Below, one piece after another: positions 11,295 to 21,016 of a stretch of 64,000 nucleotides of DNA. A program made the translations under genes and the position numbers. Positions within the stretch are counted from its first letter, which is position 1. Each line of letters opens with the position of its first letter. The stretch is from a virus. The notes beneath the pieces are model-generated. The model searched no databases and was not told the origin of the DNA. It was given only the letters and a program-made list of their open reading frames with translations. The stretch is taken from positions 32,001 through 96,000 of the IMG/VR virus record IMGVR_UViG_3300028909_000017. One strand, 5' to 3'.

Positions 11295-11582
11295 TTACCC
11301 GTTGAAAAGAATGTCATTCGGGTCAATTAAATCTTTGCTGGTCGGTTTGGATGGGTGATTCCATTTTAATTTGTCGGTACGAAATTCTTCTAGTGCAATT
11401 TTTGCGAATCGACTTTGAACAATTTCTTCGTGCCCGGGATCGAATTCCGGACTTAATCCTTTTTTAACTGGGTAACCTTTAATTAGTTGATTGACACGTT
11501 TCATAATAATGCCAGCCAATACAAATCGTGAACCGGCTTTTGATTCATGTTCTTGAATGGTAAGAATTTTTTCGTTAAGCAT
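11295..11582 (-). CDS. RNA polymerase omega subunit-like protein
   Basis: SRFVLAGIIMKRVNQLIKG...KIALEEF matches the RpoZ pattern (N/S)RF.L......RA.QL..G...IAL.EI. Confidence 0.65.
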   Translation of the reverse strand: MLNEKILTIQEHESKAGSRFVLAGIIMKRVNQLIKGYPVKKGLSPEFDPGHEEIVQSRFAKIALEEFRTDKLKWNHPSKPTSKDLIDPNDILFNG

Positions 11583-11606
11583 CGTTTTCCTTGTAATTAT
11601 TTATTT

Positions 11607-12362
11607 TTAATCGGAGTATACTTCTGGAAATAGAACTTGATCGTAGTATGGATTTACAATTAATTCGGCTTCTTCATAAATCGATCCTTTATGAAGGAAT
11701 TTGTGTGGTTTAACTTGCTCTGGCAATGGAATTGCATTAAAAAATTGTGGTAAATATGTACGAAAATATCGAAGTAGTGGAATGGCAATTTGCCTCATTT
11801 GGGGATGTGCTGCGACGGGTGTTCGTTTCGAAAGAAAATTATTCCAACTTCCCAAATTTAATGTTGCAGCATATTCTGTTTTAACTCCGGTTGGAAGAAA
11901 ATATCTAGTTTTTTCGGGAGTCCAAGATCTATTTCTCCACCGAGCATATCGTTCATCGTCTTCATGCAGGTCAGATAAAAATTCATCCCAATATTCTCCG
12001 CCAACAGACATCCAAGGTGGAAGAATATATGCTACTCCTTTACCACTATAATCACAGTACCTCGTAGATTCTTGCAGGTAGGCGGCCATTCTGTGACGAA
12101 CTCCCTCGTGGGAAATTCCGCGGTCTGTAATGAATGTTACTGAAATAAAACGGTGTTCAGCAATACCTGTATGCCTATTTGTATTGAAAATTCTTTCGGG
12201 AAATGTTTTATATGAATCCTCAGTCATCTTACCTTCGGATTTGTAACATTTTCTTGTGAATAGTTCGATTTTTTTGGCCATGTGATCCGCAAGTGTAACC
12301 CCATTGGGAAGGATCATTTCTAACGAATCTTCAACGATTACCATTGGTTTAATTAATTTCAT
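11607..12362 (-). CDS. thyX: FAD-dependent thymidylate synthase
   Basis: RGISHEGVRHR.....QESTRY signature; AHPQMR. Confidence 0.9.
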   Translation of the reverse strand: MKLIKPMVIVEDSLEMILPNGVTLADHMAKKIELFTRKCYKSEGKMTEDSYKTFPERIFNTNRHTGIAEHRFISVTFITDRGISHEGVRHRMAAYLQESTRYCDYSGKGVAYILPPWMSVGGEYWDEFLSDLHEDDERYARWRNRSWTPEKTRYFLPTGVKTEYAATLNLGSWNNFLSKRTPVAAHPQMRQIAIPLLRYFRTYLPQFFNAIPLPEQVKPHKFLHKGSIYEEAELIVNPYYDQVLFPEVYSD

Positions 12363-12656
12363 TAAATAATGTATCCTTTTAATCTTAATTATTAATTCTA
12401 TGGTTAAATGATTTTTCGATTAAATCACCGCATGTTAGACATGTATTGTGAAAGTATTCCACCGAACCATCAGAATGTGCAGTTCCATAAAAATTGGCTG
12501 AAATATTTACGATGTTGGTAAGTTTCCATTTTGTTCCGTCATATGTATGAATATGAGGGGTAGTTGTTTCGATTAGACCCCAGAGTATTTTCATTATTTT
12601 ATCTCCATTATTAAAAAAGGCAGGCATATGCCTGCCTTTTTTAAGAGTAATTTAAA

Positions 12657-13151
12657 TTACTTTGCAGCTTCAACTGCAATGCGATTTGAAATCTTTGAAG
12701 AATGGGCAATGGCCTTTGCACGAATACTACCAGCCTTTGCGGCGCGGGCAGAGTTTACAATCGTATTGACCAGCGTCGATGACTCGGATGGGGTTTCTGA
12801 TTCAACCTTTGGTGTCTTTACAGCCTTCACCTTGGGTGTGGCAACCTTCTTTTCCTTCGGAACCTTAATTGCCTTCACCTTAGGTACCTTGGGAGTATTT
12901 GCCGCCACAATTGCGGTTTCCTTCTCTTCTATAGCTTGAAGATTAACTCCCTCGGGAGTATTTGCCTTAAGATATGCAATGGCGTCAATCTTTGTCATTG
13001 GTTCGGGGAGGTCAACGAGAACAATTTCGGAATTTCCGGCACGTTCAAGCATCTTCAGGCGTGTTTTACGATCATTGGCGAAACGTGCCTTGTAAGAGCC
13101 TTCAAAAAGTGCTGAACCTGCAAGTGCATAAAGCTTATTATCAATAGCCAT
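12657..13151 (-). CDS. Basic Lys/Ala-rich putative DNA-binding protein
   Basis: Globular N-terminus (KARFAND...LPEPMTK) plus histone-H1-like PKVK/KA tail; own promoter, and terminator hairpin at 12614-12641. Confidence 0.55.
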   Translation of the reverse strand: MAIDNKLYALAGSALFEGSYKARFANDRKTRLKMLERAGNSEIVLVDLPEPMTKIDAIAYLKANTPEGVNLQAIEEKETAIVAANTPKVPKVKAIKVPKEKKVATPKVKAVKTPKVESETPSESSTLVNTIVNSARAAKAGSIRAKAIAHSSKISNRIAVEAAK

Positions 13152-13459
13152 TTAATTTTTTCCTTTTCAGTTGAGTGCCGCTTTGCGGTCACCGGTTAAT
13201 GTTTTATGATGAATCGATCCGTCGCCGTAATCATCACAATTTCAATTACTTATATAGTATAACAAAGTTCGATGTAAATGTCAAATTTTATTTTTAATTA
13301 AATCGGCAATTTCAAGCATCAGCGACGCTATTCCAATTAGCATAAAGAAAAATGACAGTAACATTAGAAAAATTACAGAAAAATGCGGGAAAATACATGC
13401 GGTGCAACAAGCAAGAATGTTATACCAATCGTAAACCATCTGTATGTCCATTTATTTGT

Positions 13460-13545
13460 CATTTGATCTCCTCACTGAAATAATTATAGCAAACCAACAA
13501 CCTTATGTCAAGAGAAATTTTAAATTATTGAAATAATAGGACTTA
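13460..13545 (-). promoter_or_regulatory. Early promoter + RBS cassette (copy E)
   Basis: TTGACA -35, TGCTATAAT -10, TCAGTGAGGAGATCAAATG. Confidence 0.7.
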
Positions 13546-13845
13546 TTCTACACTTCCTATACCCGGTACTTGATCGTAAACAGTACCAGTTGATTTAACT
13601 GCTCCTTCTCGAACGAGAAGCCGCCAACTACCATCTTTTATTCGAATTACATATCCCGATGGGATTTCTTCGGTTGGATTTGTTATTTTTCGCCATCCAC
13701 CACATGTACATTTGTAAGGCGGCATACGACCATTACAAGGATCAATGCATCCCCCAGCGATAACGGAACCATTTTTTACCATTCGATTGGCTTCAGAACC
13801 ACTTCGGGCCATTTTAAGGCTTACCAATGCTTTTACAATTTTCAT
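13543..13845 (-). CDS. Stand-alone S4-like RNA-binding domain (TyrRS C-terminus-like) with Cys-rich insertion
   Basis: LVSLKMARSGSEANRMVKNGSV resembles L...GLA.S.SEARR.I.QG.V; insertion carries C...C.......C.C. Confidence 0.55.
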   Translation of the reverse strand: MKIVKALVSLKMARSGSEANRMVKNGSVIAGGCIDPCNGRMPPYKCTCGGWRKITNPTEEIPSGYVIRIKDGSWRLLVREGAVKSTGTVYDQVPGIGSVE

Positions 13846-13995
13846 TTTCCCACCACTTAAATAAGTATAGCAAATTGATCAATAAATGTCAACCGAATAT
13901 ATATTCTTTATTTTTAGTAAAAAATCATAACCTTTTTAAATCAATAAAAAGAAAATTGCCGGTTGTTCGACATAAATACGAGTAGAGGATTATTC

Positions 13996-14661
13996 ATGTC
14001 ATTACATCAAAATTCCAAAGTCAAAGTTCGGGCAGGATTGCAACAAAATTTGCCGCAATTATCTAAGGGAGAACTTGGCTGGGCAATAGACACACAACGA
14101 CTTTTTATTGGAAATGGAGAAGTTGTTGACGGTGCCCCATACGCAGGTAATACGGAAATTTCAACTGTTCCAAATAGTCTTGCTGGTTCGGCTGGATATC
14201 CGAGAGCCGGAATCCCTACTGGAATTATTGATGGGGTAAATAAAATTTTCACAGTCCCATTTACGCCAATACCAGAAACATTAATTGTTTTTAATAATAT
14301 CGCATTAATTCCTGGTGTCGGGTTCACAGCTAAAGGCAATATAATAACCTATACAACTGCTCCTGTTGTTGATGATAAATTATATTATTATTGCTGGCAA
14401 TATTTGGTTTACGTATCATCCAATGTAAATAGTGGGTCTTCATTATACGGAAGTCCAGTGGTTAGTGGAATCACTAACGGGGTCAATACTCTGTTTAGTT
14501 TAGCATCATTTCCGTCACAACCGTCTGCACTTATTTTAACATTGGGAGGAATAGCATTAACTCAGGGAGTAGATTATGATTATACACTTTCTGGCATCGA
14601 TATTATTATGAATTATGCTCCACCAACAGATTCAATTTTACGGGCGTATTACACAATTTAA
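13996..14661 (+). CDS. Virion structural/fibre-associated protein
   Basis: LPQLSKGELGWAIDTQRLFIGNG fibre-type N-terminus, two GxNx.F repeats; late promoter CATAAATA at 13971. Confidence 0.65.
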   Translation: MSLHQNSKVKVRAGLQQNLPQLSKGELGWAIDTQRLFIGNGEVVDGAPYAGNTEISTVPNSLAGSAGYPRAGIPTGIIDGVNKIFTVPFTPIPETLIVFNNIALIPGVGFTAKGNIITYTTAPVVDDKLYYYCWQYLVYVSSNVNSGSSLYGSPVVSGITNGVNTLFSLASFPSQPSALILTLGGIALTQGVDYDYTLSGIDIIMNYAPPTDSILRAYYTI

Positions 14662-14672
14662 ATGGGGAATTC

Positions 14673-16085
14673 ATGTTGAAAAAAATTTTATTTCTAACTT
14701 TTTTGTTATTTCCATTACTTGCCAGTTCTCAAACGGTTGCTGGAATACATAATGGTGGAACCGGAGCATCAACTGCTAATGGAGCAATGACTAATTTGGG
14801 AATGTCTCAGAGTGGAACAATCGGAACAGGATCCCAACACGATTCACTTTCAGGAACTCTTAATGTAGCTGGTACTATTATGTCGGGGACTTTACCAATT
14901 TATTCTGTACATATTGGACCATTGGGAATAATGACTTCATCTTGGAATTTTGACACAACTACGGCAGCATCGGCTTGCGCAAGTCTGGGAGCATGTGCGG
15001 GGGGAACAGTTACCTCCTTTACTGCATCTTCAGGCACTTGGCCGACATGGCTAGTTCCCACGATAACTAATTCAACTTCTGCTCCGGCTCTTTCGGTAGT
15101 CGCATCATCCATTCCTAATAGTGCTTTATTGAATCCTTCCACAACTGTGAACGGACAAACTTGTACATTAGGTGGAAATTGTACTATAAGTACAGGATCA
15201 GGCACAGTAACAATTTTTGGGGCGACAACGGGAAATTGGCCTTCTTGGTTGGTTCCATCTGTAACAAACCCTAATACGACTCCTTATTTATCAGTATCTG
15301 CTAGCGCAATTCCTAATAGTGCATTGGCTAACTCTTCAACTACAGTTAATGGGCAGAACTGCGTACTTGGCAGCAATTGTACAATAAGTATCGGATCAGG
15401 AACAATTACGGGTGTAAGTGCCGGAACCGGCCTTTCTGGTGGAGGAACAAGCGGTAACGTAACATTAACAAACTCCTCTCCAATGGTTTTTCCGGGATTG
15501 GCTGGTATTCCAAACTTTAATGGATCGGGATGGGGAACAAGTTATAGCACTTCGGGTAGCGGAACTGTTGTGGCTTTAGCAAATAATACTGCATTAACTG
15601 GAACTCCAACTGCACCAACACAACCATGCTTGCCTAATACCAATATTGCAACAACTGCATATGTTTCGAATTGCCCGACAGGAGCTGGTCAATCGGCCTT
15701 GAGTGCTCAGAGTGTTCGGCCGCTTTGCGACACTGTTACAGTCTCCGCTGTGACGGAAGTCGATTACACCGTGACCGGCGCGATCACGCTCTACGCCAAT
15801 GCCAGCTACTCGACTATCGCCGCAGGCATCACCGCGGCCGCCCAGAATCTTGCGCTTACACTTGCGGCAAACATCGAGCAGGACATAGTCCTGAGTCAGT
15901 GGCAATCAGCTCTCAGCGTGTCTGGCGTCTACGATATGCAACTGCCGCTAGCTGCGAACATCGGCGGTACACCACTCACCCCAACTTCTGACGGCAGTTT
16001 CTTGCTCACGGCGGGACAATGGGCAAACTGCACAGGCATCAACCTCACAATCGTTATGGGCACAACGAACCAACCAGTAAACTAG
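14673..16085 (+). CDS. Chimeric fibre-like protein: signal-peptide-like N-terminus, S/T/G repeats, C-terminal P2 gpJ (baseplate J)-like fragment
   Basis: MLKKILFLTFLLFPLLASS|Q; duplicated WP.WLVP...IPNSAL.N...TVNGQ.C.LG.NC module; after ~15690 GC rises and VRPLCDTVTV...DIVLSQ...GV resembles the gpJ C-terminus. Confidence 0.65.
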   Translation: MLKKILFLTFLLFPLLASSQTVAGIHNGGTGASTANGAMTNLGMSQSGTIGTGSQHDSLSGTLNVAGTIMSGTLPIYSVHIGPLGIMTSSWNFDTTTAASACASLGACAGGTVTSFTASSGTWPTWLVPTITNSTSAPALSVVASSIPNSALLNPSTTVNGQTCTLGGNCTISTGSGTVTIFGATTGNWPSWLVPSVTNPNTTPYLSVSASAIPNSALANSSTTVNGQNCVLGSNCTISIGSGTITGVSAGTGLSGGGTSGNVTLTNSSPMVFPGLAGIPNFNGSGWGTSYSTSGSGTVVALANNTALTGTPTAPTQPCLPNTNIATTAYVSNCPTGAGQSALSAQSVRPLCDTVTVSAVTEVDYTVTGAITLYANASYSTIAAGITAAAQNLALTLAANIEQDIVLSQWQSALSVSGVYDMQLPLAANIGGTPLTPTSDGSFLLTAGQWANCTGINLTIVMGTTNQPVN

Positions 16086-16104
16086 TCCACAAGGAGACTT
16101 CAGA

Positions 16105-18345
16105 ATGAAACGACTCGCCGCACTGCTTTTCCTAATCAGTTCCACGCTTATGTTTGCGCAGACGCAGATTGACCCGACTTATCAGATTAAATGGAATTTT
16201 CTTTCTGGTTCTGGCGCGCCTTCGATCAGTTGCACGCAGAATGGCAACTACACCGTCTACCCCTATGGCGCAGAGTGGGGACAATCTTATCAGGACACGA
16301 CGAATAATGTCGAGTACAAGTGTACGACCTCTGGGTGGGTAAAAAATCTTCCCGCAACTGGTGGCACGATTAACGGTGACATCCAGGTTACAGGTGCCGT
16401 CGTGGCTGGCGCTTCGGGCACTACCGTCTTAGCCGATGGAACACTGTGGAGCACAGGCAAAGCATATCTTCATACATGGCAGGGCAAGACAGGTTTGGTC
16501 GGGTCTGGTGCCGGTGTTGGCGGGGTTATCAGCTTTGGGATGTTAGGGGATTCATGGGTCCAGAATGGTTCTACTCGCTGGCCTCTTGCGGGGATTCTTC
16601 AGGGCACGTTTAACACAGCGGGCATCGGGTATGTGGCGTTCGACACGGCCTCGCGCGATACCGGCATCGCTATGACCACGCTCGGAACGTGGACAGAATG
16701 CGGTACTGGGTCTGCCTGTTATGGTCCGAGTGCGTCTCATGTTACTAGCTCCGATGTGGCGACCCCGGCAAGCAAATCATTTTCAGCTACCGCGCAGACT
16801 ATCGTTATCCACTATTTGCAGCAACCGGGCGGCGGCTCTTTCGGGTATCAAACCGATGGCGGTAGTTTTACGACGGTCAACACGGCCAATGCAACTTTAG
16901 CCTACGGGACGGTGACGATTTCAGGCTTATCTTTGGCGTCTCATACGCTCAATATTGTGATTACCAGCGCGGGCACGGCGGGAGTTATTCTCATGGGGGC
17001 CGATTGCCAGATCAACGCCTACCGGGGTATTCGCGTCCATAACCTTGGACACTCAGGGGCGCAGGTTGCCGATTTCCTTCGCGTTCCGCCGGCGATGTTC
17101 GAGGCTGGATTGACTGCGCTTGGGCTGGACATAATGACGATGACACTCGCCACCAATGACCAAGCTGCAAGCGTCCTTCCGGCCACGTATGGTGCTGGCC
17201 TGGGTACATTGATTACAGAGGCTCGCGCCGCCATTCCAACGCTTGACGTAATGCTGACTCCTTCAGTGGATAACGGGCGTACCACAAATACCTATCCAAT
17301 GAGTCAATACGTATTGGCTGCGCAGACTACGGCGCTAGCAAACAACACGGCATTTGTAAACGCGCTGAAGATCTTCCCGTCTTACGCTCAATCAGCGGCT
17401 TTAGGTCTCCAGAATGGTCTCATTCATTTGAATGCTGGTGGGGGTACTTCATTTGCCCGCGCTGTTGCCGGCGTTTTAATGGACTCCGTAGGAATGGGTG
17501 GACCGGCGCTGTACTACCCAGCAGGAAGCAATTATATGCACTCCCTGTCTAGTCCGTTCACCGGGTATTACATCAATGAGCCAACATCGGGCGCAAGTGG
17601 AAGCGGTGGGACATTTTCATCGCTACTTAACGATGGGGGCGGCAACGGGGGCACCACCACCCTGAAAACTACCTATGCCAATATCCTGATAAACGCAGGA
17701 CAATCCGGCTCATTGCGAAAGATTGATATTACGAGCGCTGGAATCGGTGAGCATATAAACACATCGGGGTTTGCGAAGTTTGATGTGGGGATTGGAGTGG
17801 TTGAACCGACAAGCTCAGGGGGAGGGGGATATACGGGTTTTACAAATGATGGGGGCAGCAACGGGGGCACCACCACTTTGAGCACAGCCTATGCCAATTT
17901 GGTTTTGAATGCCGGTGGTAGCACTAGGACAGTCGCTCTCACTACGAATGGCGTAGGGCTACACCTCGCGTCGGGTGGCAATGCTTCAAGCGACAACCAG
18001 TTTACTGCGCCTGCGTTTTGTTGGACTGGCACAGGTGGTCCATGCGCTACCTATACGCCAACCGGCACCGTATGGGCGCTAAATGCTCCGTCCGCGAATA
18101 TCACAATACAGGCGGGAACAAGTGGGCAGCCGCGCACCTTGAGCCTCTTTGGATCAAACGGCACAGGTATCACGATTTCAAGCACGGGTCTGACCACGAT
18201 GTCTGTACCCGCTGTAACTCCGCTTTCGAGCCCCGCATCTTCGTCGGCGACATGCACGGCGGGTCAGATGTGGGCGGATGCAACCTATTTTTACGTTTGC
18301 ACAGCTACCAGCACGATCAAGCGTGCTGCACTGACAACGTTCTAG
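16105..18345 (+). CDS. Tail spike/fibre-like protein with SGNH (GDSL) esterase domain and signal-peptide-like N-terminus
   Basis: LGDSW, NLGHSG, LATND, GLIH blocks; C-terminal GQMWADATYFYVCTAT..KRAAL fibre-tip motif; GC-rich. Confidence 0.7.
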   Translation: MKRLAALLFLISSTLMFAQTQIDPTYQIKWNFLSGSGAPSISCTQNGNYTVYPYGAEWGQSYQDTTNNVEYKCTTSGWVKNLPATGGTINGDIQVTGAVVAGASGTTVLADGTLWSTGKAYLHTWQGKTGLVGSGAGVGGVISFGMLGDSWVQNGSTRWPLAGILQGTFNTAGIGYVAFDTASRDTGIAMTTLGTWTECGTGSACYGPSASHVTSSDVATPASKSFSATAQTIVIHYLQQPGGGSFGYQTDGGSFTTVNTANATLAYGTVTISGLSLASHTLNIVITSAGTAGVILMGADCQINAYRGIRVHNLGHSGAQVADFLRVPPAMFEAGLTALGLDIMTMTLATNDQAASVLPATYGAGLGTLITEARAAIPTLDVMLTPSVDNGRTTNTYPMSQYVLAAQTTALANNTAFVNALKIFPSYAQSAALGLQNGLIHLNAGGGTSFARAVAGVLMDSVGMGGPALYYPAGSNYMHSLSSPFTGYYINEPTSGASGSGGTFSSLLNDGGGNGGTTTLKTTYANILINAGQSGSLRKIDITSAGIGEHINTSGFAKFDVGIGVVEPTSSGGGGYTGFTNDGGSNGGTTTLSTAYANLVLNAGGSTRTVALTTNGVGLHLASGGNASSDNQFTAPAFCWTGTGGPCATYTPTGTVWALNAPSANITIQAGTSGQPRTLSLFGSNGTGITISSTGLTTMSVPAVTPLSSPASSSATCTAGQMWADATYFYVCTATSTIKRAALTTF

Positions 18346-18381
18346 GCACCGCTAAACCGGCTACAGTTTCAAAGGAGAAGT

Positions 18382-18985
18382 ATGAAGAAAATCGCCTTGC
18401 TTTTGTTTATTCTCGCAGCGTGCATAGTCGCTCGGGGGCAAGCTATCACGCTGCCCGGTTTCACAACTCGATCTCTCTCGCCGGCTACGTATTGGGTGGC
18501 AACAAACATCAGTGTCGATCCAGCGCATCAATCTATCAGTTACACGACGCAAGGATACGCAAACCAGGCCACCTCTTCTAGGGCGTGTAAAGCAACTGGA
18601 AATGGCAACCACGGCAACCACGGTGGCGGACATCGCAGTAAGTGACATTTACACCTATCTGCCGAAGGTGCCCGCGCCTGCTGCAATAACTAATTTGGGC
18701 GGCCAGCTTCTCGGTCCACCTGTTGCGGGAGTAAATGCACTCGGAGATTCTATATGTAATAATACCGGATCGACAGTCAATTCACTTTCGTTTGTATCCC
18801 TTTTCATGAATCAGGTGGGTGGTACACTTAATAATTTATGTGTAAGTGGTCAGTACATTCAAGATGAGCCGATTGACCTTTTCAATTCGGGGATATTTCC
18901 GACAGTCGCAAATAATCCCATTGAATTGGAAGAAGGTGGAAAGAATGATGTCGTTCATATTAAGCAAGTAAAAGAATATTGTTGA
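18382..18985 (+). pseudogene. Frameshifted, truncated second SGNH-domain fibre-like gene
   Basis: Signal-like start MKKIALLLFILAACIVARG|Q; continues in another frame to ALGDSIC...NLCVSG...GKNDV, then stops where AT-rich DNA resumes. Confidence 0.55.
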
Positions 18986-19013
18986 TAAATAATATCAATA
19001 AGAGGAGAAAATA

Positions 19014-19649
19014 ATGGTTTTAAAAATGAAATATTTTACCAACGAGTGTTTAGCAGGATTACTTATGTGCATTTTAATGTTGTCGGCTTCATTTATGACA
19101 ATTGGATGTACAACTGCTCAAATTACCAATGTCGAAACAATAATTACAACAGATTTACCAACAATTATTTCTGGTGTAACTTCAATTCTATCACTTATTT
19201 CTGCACTATCAGCAACGTCAGGAACTAGTAATTCAACTACTTCACTGTCGGCCATAATTGCAGAAATTCAAGCTAAAGGTTCAAATGTGGAAACAATTCT
19301 CGCTAATTATAAAGCTGGAACCTCAACATGGGCTGACGTGATTGCTGCCGTTGATGCATTATATGTATCATCTTCCGCCACAATTGATTTAAGCGGAATT
19401 AAAAATTCTTCTTCACAAGCTCAGGCTAAAATTTGGCTGGCTGCAATTGACCTTGCAGTTAATACAATATATACCGCAGTTTTAACAACCCAAAACACTT
19501 CAACAGTTAAAACAAAATTAGCAGCACACAAAGATACTCTTCGTATGCAGGTATCTCAATGGACGCCGGAGCAAAAGCAGGAATTTGTTTCACAACTTAA
19601 ACCAGTAACCGGACTTACTACATTTGCACAGTACCAAGCGGCAATGTAA
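19014..19649 (+). CDS. Putative lipoprotein / membrane protein
   Basis: Hydrophobic stretch ending FMTIG-C; GATAAATA and AGAGGAG upstream. Confidence 0.5.
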   Translation: MVLKMKYFTNECLAGLLMCILMLSASFMTIGCTTAQITNVETIITTDLPTIISGVTSILSLISALSATSGTSNSTTSLSAIIAEIQAKGSNVETILANYKAGTSTWADVIAAVDALYVSSSATIDLSGIKNSSSQAQAKIWLAAIDLAVNTIYTAVLTTQNTSTVKTKLAAHKDTLRMQVSQWTPEQKQEFVSQLKPVTGLTTFAQYQAAM

Positions 19650-19680
19650 TTTTTAATAGTTTAAATCCATTAAGCTATTA

Positions 19681-19716
19681 AAATGGGCTGATATGTTTAA
19701 TCATATCAGCCCATTT
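19681..19716. terminator. Bidirectional terminator between convergent genes
   Basis: aaatgggctgatatg...catatcagcccattt inverted repeat. Confidence 0.7.
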
Positions 19717-21016
19717 ATCGTTTCTATTTAATTTTTAAATACATAATTATATATTTTATGTTCGCGGTCAAAATATTTTCTTTTGACATGGAAATTATGG
19801 CCGCTCTTCATCATTATCAATTATCACCGTTACATTATTTTTGCAATGCCATGTTTGCCATCCATACGAGATAATTTCTTTTCCTTCACTATCAACCATT
19901 ATTTCATTTTGACTAAATGAACCAGCCATTTTAACACAGTTATGCTCTGGATTACGAACATATTTTGCTTTCGATGAAATACATCCAGATATAAATAATA
20001 TCATAAGCATGATAAGTTGTATTTTTTTATCATTTTCTACCTTTTATTAATTCCTTTTTCTTTTTTGACTAAAATAGATGTAAGAATATTTAGAATATGT
20101 TTTACCGTGGGCTCATCTGATTTGTTCGATAGATTGTCGACATCGTCAGTAGATGAAATTATATATGTAATATCCATTTCCAATTGTTGAATTTCGGCTA
20201 ACCGTTCTTTTGTGAATCCGGCGTCCGCTTCCTACGCATCTTCCAGAGTTTTATGTCCATAATGACCTTCCATAAACCCCTGAATAGTAATATGATACCC
20301 ATGATCTCGTTCTCCCCCAAAACGGAGAATTATAAGTCCAAGTTTCTCTTACAAATTTTTCAGCCGAAGACATTGTATTGAATTTTTCCATTAATTATTC
20401 TTTCGAAATCTCTGAAATTACATAATTCTTGTAAACATCAACAACTTTACTTGGAATATTATATGCCGAAAGTGGATGATTTCGATTGCTGTCAACAACT
20501 ACACACCAATTACCATCGTGGCACCACGATTTAACTCTTTCCTCGGGAGATAAATTCTTGGAATTTCTTGCGGATATTATATTATTAAATAACATCCGAG
20601 CTACTTTTGGAATTGTTGGAGTTAATTCTATATATTTCCATTCTTCATCTGATAATTCATTAATTGGATATTGCAAATATTAAGCGGCCTTTTTGATCCC
20701 ATCTTTCCATGCTATTCGAATTTCATCTGGAGTATCTTCCCACCGTGAGTTACTGATGCAGTACGCCACTTCCGCCCCCAGTTTTAGTTGATTTTCTGTT
20801 AATGTTTTGTTTTGCATTATATCGTTTTCCTTAAAATTATTTAAGATTGGAATAGCCCTTTTCCAGCAAGATAATTATTCAAAAATTTTATTGATTCATT
20901 GATTCCCGCATTAAAACCTTGATTATATTCGTCTTTGGGACGTAGTGTCCGAATGGCTCCGATTTCTGTTTTAATTCCTTCTAAAACAGTTTTGGTTTCT
21001 TCATTGATTTCCATTA

